Assembly (NCBI GenBank): GCA_016935125.1
Contig: JAFGRM010000035.1
Coordinates: 1-61,177 of the forward strand
Length of the DNA: 61,177 bases
Direction of reading: 5' to 3'
DNA from: Candidatus Woesearchaeota archaeon
GTDB taxonomy: Archaea; Nanobdellota; Nanobdellia; Woesearchaeales; DSVV01
Positions within the stretch are counted from its first letter, which is position 1. Each line of letters begins with the position of its first letter. The translations under genes and the position numbers were made by a program. A model generated the notes under the pieces. That model did no database searches. It saw nothing but the letters and a program-made list of their open reading frames with translations, and was not told where the DNA came from. Of this stretch, positions 55,280 through 61,177 are shown one piece after another.

Positions 55280-55879
55280 ATGGCAGAGATAAAAGCATTC
55301 AACAGATGGACAGTCGAAGGGATAAAGGTAGAGGACCCTGGCCTTGTAAGGTATATCAACCTGAATCCTACATTTGTCCCAAGGACGGGAGCAAGGTATG
55401 CCGGAAACAGGTTCCACAAGTCTAGGACTTTCATCATTGAAAGGCTTATGAACAAGCTCCAGAACCCCGGCCACAAGGGAAAGAAGCATTTCAAGTCAAG
55501 CTATCATTGCACAGGGAAGGGAAGCACTATCTATAAGATTATGGAGGAAGTCCTGGAAGTAATAGAGAAGAAGACAAGCAAGAACCCCATAGATGTCATT
55601 GTCAAGGCTATAGAGAACGGAGCACCGCGAGAAGAGATCATCATGATAGAATACGGCGGAGCAAGATACCCAAAGCCTGTCGAATGCTCTCCGCAGAGGA
55701 GGATCGACTTTGTCTTAAGGCTTCTTGTGCAGGGAAGCTACCAGAAGTCCTTCAACAGCAAAAAATCAATTGTTGATACACTATCAAGCGAGATAATAGC
55801 AGCATATAACAAGAGCTCAAATGCGCTTGTGATCTCCAAGAAGAACGAGATCGAAAGGCAGGCAGACTCAAGCAGATAA
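55280..55879 (+). CDS. rps7: Ribosomal protein uS7
   Basis: Conserved uS7 blocks and its position after uS12. Confidence 0.95.
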   Translation: MAEIKAFNRWTVEGIKVEDPGLVRYINLNPTFVPRTGARYAGNRFHKSRTFIIERLMNKLQNPGHKGKKHFKSSYHCTGKGSTIYKIMEEVLEVIEKKTSKNPIDVIVKAIENGAPREEIIMIEYGGARYPKPVECSPQRRIDFVLRLLVQGSYQKSFNSKKSIVDTLSSEIIAAYNKSSNALVISKKNEIERQADSSR

Positions 55880-56038
55880 GCGTATCTCTCTTTATTCTTT
55901 TTATCCTTCTGATTCCTATTCTATCTTTATAATTACAATATATAAATATAGAATAATCTTAAGCTATTGAATATGTTAAGAAAGTATAAAATGATATGAA
56001 GCATAATCAAGTCAAGTGCCTGAAACAGATGTTCATGC

Positions 56039-59000
56039 TCAGTTGCTGTTCTTCAGCATATCTTCTATAGTGGTGATTATATCATCCTCTATCTTCCAGC
56101 CTGAATGTACAAGCTTCATCCTGATCACTTCAGGGCTAAAGCCCTTGCCCAGCTCTGTCCTGATATAATCCACAAGATTCCTTATATCAACCATAGCCTT
56201 GTTCACAAGATCAGGCGGATAGCCCTCTGAGTTCAGAAGCTGCATTATGTCCCTTGGATCCATCCCCTGCTGGAGATTCATTAGAAATTCCCTGCAAAGC
56301 ACAGTGAAGATGTCCTCTTCATTGCCTAAAGCATCAGCCTGTGTGTCCTGCAATGCACCAAACATATCCTGGTCATAAGACTTATCCTTCTTAAGCTTAT
56401 TGAGCAGGTTATCCAACACAAACCTTAGCCACTGGGCAAATGTCAAAGTAGAACCTGTCTTTTTTGAATACTCACGGTAGAGGTATATGCTGACCCCTGC
56501 CCCTGCCAATATCAGCAATACAAGGATTATCATAATCAGCGTTAACAAGCCCATCCCTCCCTCATCATCCCTCATGAACTGGCTCTGCTGCGCACCACTG
56601 CCAGCAGCTGAGGCATTATCAGGCGCTGTACCATCAGGCTGTGCTGCTGCACCCTGCTGGCCTGCTGAAGCTGCATCCTGGCCAGCTGTCAGCAACGCAT
56701 CCTCTGAGCATTCAGCTGCAATCGCATAAAGGCTTAGCCCTGGAGAGACTGCCCTGAAATATGACATGCCTGAATCTTCTCCTGTAAACTCTGTCTCAAG
56801 CCTCGACCACACGGCACCATCATACCTTAATAAGAAGACATTGCTGGCAGCGAGATTATTGGAAGAGAGCCACTGCTCGCTTACCTTGAATTCAAGCACT
56901 ATCCCATCAAGGCTGCTGCTTATGATATTCTGGTGATCAAGCTGGATATACTGGAATACCTTAAAACCTGCTGCCTCAGCTACATCATCAGGCTTTTCTC
57001 CAAGGCTTTTTATATTGAATCTTGTATATCCACTGACATTCTCAAGAACTCTTGCCCTGAATTCTGTCAGATACAAAAGAGATGAGTTTATATCAATCTC
57101 TATAGTATCGTTTTCAGCAAGATCTATAAACAATGCCTTGACCTCGTCTGTATCAGCACCCTCTCCAACAGGCCCGTCTCTAGATGATGAAGACCCGCCA
57201 GGGCTAGCCGGCGACAGGTCTACATTGGTCCTGAAGTAATGGTGTATGACAGGAGTCATATAACCGAGAGGATCCCAGCACCTGTAATAATAGTTGTACC
57301 TTGTCCCGGATGTTACAGAAACATCCTGCGTGTGGGTAAGCCCGCCTGTAACTGTCATGCTTAAGCTCTTATCAGGGTCAAACCCGCTGTCAGTCGAATA
57401 GTTGCAGTATGCCTTCTCATCTGTCGTGACTGTGAGCGTGACAAGAGTGGTAGCAGAAGAAAGGCCTGTGTAATTGGCAGGATATGTAAGCACGACAGCC
57501 GGAGCAGTACTATCATCTATAGTGAAATCTATCTCAGTCTTTCCAACATTGTTGTTGCTGTCAGTGCAGTTCACATAGACAGTATAATCACCAGAATGGA
57601 TGCCGGTTATATTATATGCATGTGTTTTTGAGGTATTGTCTTCAGGATCAGTAATGACATACAATGGTGCTGATAGGTATGATGAGGGGTGCCTTATGAT
57701 AAGACTCTGTTTTGTGGCTGAATCATATTCTATCTCACTTCCATAATAGGTTCCCCATAACTTCACATCATTGCTGCTGCTGTTCTTATCATATGGCCCA
57801 AACCCAAACCCTGTCAGGGGGCCGGCACTGCTGTTGATCTCAGGCATCCCAACCAGGAGTGACTTGTTTGTGCTGTTATAAAAAACAGTCACATTGACTG
57901 TTGCAAGAGTAGATGCGCTCAGAGCAGTGCCAGAGTTTTCAGTGAACGCAACACATAGATGAGTATTGTTTGTCCATAGCTGGGCAAGGGAGGCGCTATA
58001 CGATGTGTTGGCTGAGGTGATGCTGTCGACAGGTTTTATCGCAACTGTCGCGTTCTCAGCATTGTTTGCGACATATAATGAAACTGTGCCTATCCCTGAA
58101 AGGTAAACATCTGTTGTTGCATTGAACACAAAATCATTTCCAGTATCAGTCACATCATATGTCAGGTCGAAAAAATCTACCTTCAGTCCGACAGGATCAA
58201 TATCCAAAAGCTCGACTATATGCACCTCACTGCCGTTTACAACAAGCCATCTCGCCCCCTCGCAATCAGTCACATTGCTTGATGTGTTAAGATAGCAGTT
58301 TGCAGTGGCGGTCGTGTTAAGCGTATCTATCGATGATGAGTTGTCTGCTGTGCCGTAATACAGCCGGTTGTATGGTTCATCCCCTGTGCCGAACCAGACA
58401 TCCCCTGTAACATTGTCTGCATATAAAGGGATCTGGACAGTCTGGCTGTCAGAGTTCTTGAACTGTATTTCACCATCAACATCCATGACCTCGACACTGA
58501 TCTCTTCAAATGTCGGACTGACATCATCCATAGTGAATGAGAACCTGCCAAAGACAGGGTCAGCCAAGGAACCGGTCATGTTGATGTATGTATCATCGTC
58601 TGGCTGCCAGCTTATGTTTATCCCTGTCCAGTTTCCGCCAGTGCTCTGCTCAGACGCTGAGAGCCATACCACAGAACCTTGGACACTGTTACCGCCCTTC
58701 TGGACCTTCTGGCCGTCAGCAAGAATATATTCATCAGGACCGCTCAGCGTGATGTTGTTTAAAACCCCGTCAATAAGCCCGATTGATGTGATGTTGTAAC
58801 TCTCGCCCATGAGCTCAACATGGATCCCAAGAAGGTCATTCTGCACGCTGACCGCTGATGAGTTGTCATATTCAACAGGTGATGAGAACTCAAGGATATA
58901 CTGGTATGCATATGACATAGCATTGTCTCTAAAATGGAGATAAGAACCAAAGTCCGGCGCCAAGGCATCATCCTGGAAATGGATAAGCCTTGCTGTATTG

Positions 59001-60472
59001 TTTACCATGACAAGCCTGTTCGTGTATGGTGTTGTCCCTTGGTTCAACCCAACCTCATCTATAAAGCTGCTGTTGGAAAGAAGCTCAAAAAGGTGCGAAC
59101 TGTTCAGCTCTGGCCTGTATTCAAACAAAGACCTCATGTGGTTCAGCTCAGCAGCAAGGATCGAATCAATGCCTGCCTCTTCGCCGCAGATAGTCCTGGA
59201 ACGCTTGTTTATAGTATAGAAAGTATCGCTTAACCTCAGGCTGCATTTCGCAAGCTCATTGGTCGACAGGTTGATATACACAACATCATCCGGGCTTGTC
59301 GACCCGTTCACAGGCGAAAGTAATGTGATCTGCGGCGCAAGGTCAACACTCATATTGTAGACCATCAAAGGGGTAGTAGCAGATATGCCAAGAGTCTCCT
59401 GCTGAAGGGTCTCATTGACATAGATATCATACTCCTGGGAGAACATGCCCCCGACAAACGTGATGTTTGCAACAACTAGCCCCTGTGCATCAGTAAGCCC
59501 GCACCAGACCTCTGCTGTCGAGTTCCTGATGCTGACATTTGCACCTGGGATAGGGAGGTATGACGAGTTGTATATATAGAGCTCAAACGCCCTTGTCATG
59601 TTGGTATCAAGAGTGTAAAGTGAGCCGATAGCTGAAGAGGAAACAGTCACGTTTCCCTGCAGATAAATGCTTGAATTATGAATTGCAGACCCTATGGCCT
59701 CAAAGCTTTGCAGGCTGCTTGTGCCTCTAAAGACCAACACAGCATTCTGGCTGATGTTTATGCTTTCATTGAAGGCAGAGTCTTCTGAAACAACACTTGC
59801 ATTTTCCATGACAACAGCCCTGGCATCTATTGTTGCGTTGTAAAAATACGCTTCTGAGTCACCTAAAAACTGCAATGAATACTCTGCATTGCCTTCTGTA
59901 GATATCACTGAATCGTTCATTAAACATATCGCATCATCGTCGACAAAAAGGCTGCCGTAAAAGGATATATCTGACTGGTTGAAAGCAAGGAAAGAGTTGC
60001 CATAAATAGCTATTGTACAGTCAGAACCGCTGTTGCCAAGTCCTGTGCTGCCAGATATGTCAACAATAGAATAAGCATACACTTCCAGGTCTGCATCAGT
60101 ATAAGAGTCCTTGATGCCCAGTGTTGAATTATAATAGAGATATATATCCTGGGAGCTGCTGTGGTTTGAATTCTCTAACCGCAGGCTTGAGTTGCCAAAC
60201 ATGTTGATATCATGATTTGCCATGCTGATGTTGCTGTTGCTGATTATCAGGCTAGAATTAAAAGATATGTTGATGTCTCCGTCTATCGCCAGATACTCTC
60301 CATCACAGATCGTTGTGTTGCTGCCGTTTAATACCCAGTCGCCTGCGCCTGGGGGCAGGCAACCGAGCGAGGCTGCAAGCGCACCTGGAGCAAAGGCTAG
60401 GAGGGTAATTACAGCCATAAATACATAAGCTCTTATCTTCCCCAATCTAACACCTCTTTTTATAAGAGTCAA
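56039..60472 (-). CDS. Giant (1477 aa) secreted, probably N-glycosylated surface protein. Contains beta-helix-like repeats, Ig-like modules, a PGF-pre-PGF-like domain, a TM anchor and a cytoplasmic tail.
   Basis: Signal peptide (MTLIKRGVRLGKIRAYVFMAVITLLAFAPGALA). Asn/Ser-rich repeats with many N-x-S/T sequons. A PGF-pre-PGF-like block (FKVFQYIQLDHQ...EFKVSEQWL...LLRYDGAVWSRLET...YFRAVSPGLSLYAI). A TM helix (LLTLIMIILVLLILAGAGVSIYLY) and a ~170-aa tail. Confidence 0.85.
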   Translation of the reverse strand: MTLIKRGVRLGKIRAYVFMAVITLLAFAPGALAASLGCLPPGAGDWVLNGSNTTICDGEYLAIDGDINISFNSSLIISNSNISMANHDINMFGNSSLRLENSNHSSSQDIYLYYNSTLGIKDSYTDADLEVYAYSIVDISGSTGLGNSGSDCTIAIYGNSFLAFNQSDISFYGSLFVDDDAICLMNDSVISTEGNAEYSLQFLGDSEAYFYNATIDARAVVMENASVVSEDSAFNESINISQNAVLVFRGTSSLQSFEAIGSAIHNSSIYLQGNVTVSSSAIGSLYTLDTNMTRAFELYIYNSSYLPIPGANVSIRNSTAEVWCGLTDAQGLVVANITFVGGMFSQEYDIYVNETLQQETLGISATTPLMVYNMSVDLAPQITLLSPVNGSTSPDDVVYINLSTNELAKCSLRLSDTFYTINKRSRTICGEEAGIDSILAAELNHMRSLFEYRPELNSSHLFELLSNSSFIDEVGLNQGTTPYTNRLVMVNNTARLIHFQDDALAPDFGSYLHFRDNAMSYAYQYILEFSSPVEYDNSSAVSVQNDLLGIHVELMGESYNITSIGLIDGVLNNITLSGPDEYILADGQKVQKGGNSVQGSVVWLSASEQSTGGNWTGINISWQPDDDTYINMTGSLADPVFGRFSFTMDDVSPTFEEISVEVMDVDGEIQFKNSDSQTVQIPLYADNVTGDVWFGTGDEPYNRLYYGTADNSSSIDTLNTTATANCYLNTSSNVTDCEGARWLVVNGSEVHIVELLDIDPVGLKVDFFDLTYDVTDTGNDFVFNATTDVYLSGIGTVSLYVANNAENATVAIKPVDSITSANTSYSASLAQLWTNNTHLCVAFTENSGTALSASTLATVNVTVFYNSTNKSLLVGMPEINSSAGPLTGFGFGPYDKNSSSNDVKLWGTYYGSEIEYDSATKQSLIIRHPSSYLSAPLYVITDPEDNTSKTHAYNITGIHSGDYTVYVNCTDSNNNVGKTEIDFTIDDSTAPAVVLTYPANYTGLSSATTLVTLTVTTDEKAYCNYSTDSGFDPDKSLSMTVTGGLTHTQDVSVTSGTRYNYYYRCWDPLGYMTPVIHHYFRTNVDLSPASPGGSSSSRDGPVGEGADTDEVKALFIDLAENDTIEIDINSSLLYLTEFRARVLENVSGYTRFNIKSLGEKPDDVAEAAGFKVFQYIQLDHQNIISSSLDGIVLEFKVSEQWLSSNNLAASNVFLLRYDGAVWSRLETEFTGEDSGMSYFRAVSPGLSLYAIAAECSEDALLTAGQDAASAGQQGAAAQPDGTAPDNASAAGSGAQQSQFMRDDEGGMGLLTLIMIILVLLILAGAGVSIYLYREYSKKTGSTLTFAQWLRFVLDNLLNKLKKDKSYDQDMFGALQDTQADALGNEEDIFTVLCREFLMNLQQGMDPRDIMQLLNSEGYPPDLVNKAMVDIRNLVDYIRTELGKGFSPEVIRMKLVHSGWKIEDDIITTIEDMLKNSN

Positions 60473-60554
60473 AAGACCACAGCCTTTTCATGCCTTTTCT
60501 TTAAAGGTCTTTTTGAAGGCCTTTTCCTTTTCAAGCCATTAAGATCAATTAGGA

Positions 60555-60926
60555 TCAAGGCCTTTTCCTGTTCAGCTCTCTTTCATGTAGAGCTATGTTT
60601 ATAAGGCCGACTACCATGATCCATGCAACAAACATCGTAAGCAGGAAATAAGGCTGGTCATTGCTCAACCTTATTGTCTCAAGGAATGCACTGACATTGT
60701 CCATAAAAGCAAAATCAGGAGCCTTGAACTCGACTATCGCATATGCGGTCGCATGGCTATCGCTTGGTACAGATGTCAAGAATACAAAAACAGAACCCAG
60801 GAAGAGCAGGGATATAAATACGATCATTATCACATGGTTGGATATCAGGTCCAGAGGATCGTGGTGCCCAGTATTGTGATGCTCTTCTACAAGCTTCTCA
60901 AGCCTTGAGCGCTTATTGCTTCGCAT
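60555..60926 (-). CDS. Hypothetical 2-TM membrane protein
   Basis: I prefer the Met at 60926 (MRSNKRSRLEKL...). The upstream part of the 173-aa ORF overlaps the AbrB-like gene in another frame. No homology recognised. Confidence 0.4.
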   Translation of the reverse strand: MRSNKRSRLEKLVEEHHNTGHHDPLDLISNHVIMIVFISLLFLGSVFVFLTSVPSDSHATAYAIVEFKAPDFAFMDNVSAFLETIRLSNDQPYFLLTMFVAWIMVVGLINIALHERELNRKRP

Positions 60927-61110
60927 TCTTTCCTCCGGACTTGCCTTTAGCCTCTTCAAAATCAAGATACCATCTGTTTGAAGAAGGCTCATACTTAAAG
61001 ACAACATTATGTTTCTTTGACTTGTCAAGTGCAAAAAGAAGTGGCATGGGGATGGTAGTCTCAAAACTGGATCCACGCTTGTAGAGTTTTCGCTTGATCT
61101 CAGTTGTCAT
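60913..61110 (-). CDS. AbrB/SpoVT-type small DNA-binding protein
   Basis: The N-terminus KLYKRGSSFETTIPMPL resembles the swapped-hairpin AbrB motif (k..G.S..vtIP). It overlaps the downstream gene by 14 nt. Confidence 0.55.
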   Translation of the reverse strand: MTTEIKRKLYKRGSSFETTIPMPLLFALDKSKKHNVVFKYEPSSNRWYLDFEEAKGKSGGKNAKQ

Positions 61111-61130
61111 CCAGTTTCACCATGATATGA

Positions 61131-61144
61131 TTTTGATATCAAAA
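61131..61144. promoter_or_regulatory. Perfect 14-bp palindrome TTTTGATATCAAAA, 21-34 nt upstream of the AbrB-like gene start. Candidate operator overlapping the promoter.
   Basis: Read directly. Confidence 0.35.
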
Positions 61145-61177
61145 CATTGAGCAATAGTAGCCATCAGTCATCAATAG

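Overview
This is an archaeal chromosomal window, moderately AT-rich and densely coding. No rRNA genes, CRISPR arrays, transposases or integrases were seen.

Anchor genes:
- The RNA polymerase and ribosomal protein operon runs rpoH, rpoB'' and rpoB' (split B subunit), rpoA', rpoA'', eL30, NusA-KH, uS12, uS7 (46.7-55.9 kb).
- Replication genes are present: RFC large subunit, a single-OB SSB, and a primase in which PriS is fused to a PriL-CTD-like Fe-S module.
- A co-directional de novo purine cluster covers 22.9-39.5 kb: purT, purS-L fusion, purQ, purM, purE (tandem), purC, purB, purA, purH, a purF-like gene and purD.
- A signal-transduction island covers 6.4-13.9 kb: a 1218-aa PAS/GAF histidine kinase, a CheY-like receiver, a membrane HAMP/PAS kinase with a Cys-rich two-CW-like tail, and an HTH-receiver protein with a degenerate GGDEF-like domain.
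- Other genes include an ABC-2 exporter pair, a UPF0182 membrane protein, glutaredoxin-like and TrxB genes, and two very large surface proteins.

Lineage: the primase fusion, split rpoB and intron-rich tRNAs suggest an uncultured, possibly DPANN-like lineage. That is an inference only.

Observations most worth a second look:
1. All four tRNA genes carry introns. tRNA-Phe has two (D-loop and anticodon loop) and tRNA-Asp has one in the T-loop.
2. A 38-nt duplicate of the tRNA-Leu 3' end lies about 240 bp downstream, like an att scar.
3. The PriS-PriL fusion carries a Zn-ribbon-like insert.
4. The only purF candidate has Ser instead of the N-terminal nucleophile Cys and lacks other glutaminase motifs.
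5. An apparently intracellular S8 subtilase has about 440 aa of unknown N-terminal sequence. It is translationally coupled to a small protein that may be propeptide-like.
6. An M50-type protease homologue has lost its HExxH motif.
7. An APC permease is fused to a SAM methyltransferase.
8. A 1477-aa surface protein sits where fusA/tuf normally follow uS7.
9. Short duplications of gene 3' ends, and phased repeat arrays, recur in intergenic regions.

I could not single out one clearly novel multi-gene system. The S8 plus small-protein pair and the signalling island are the best candidates.
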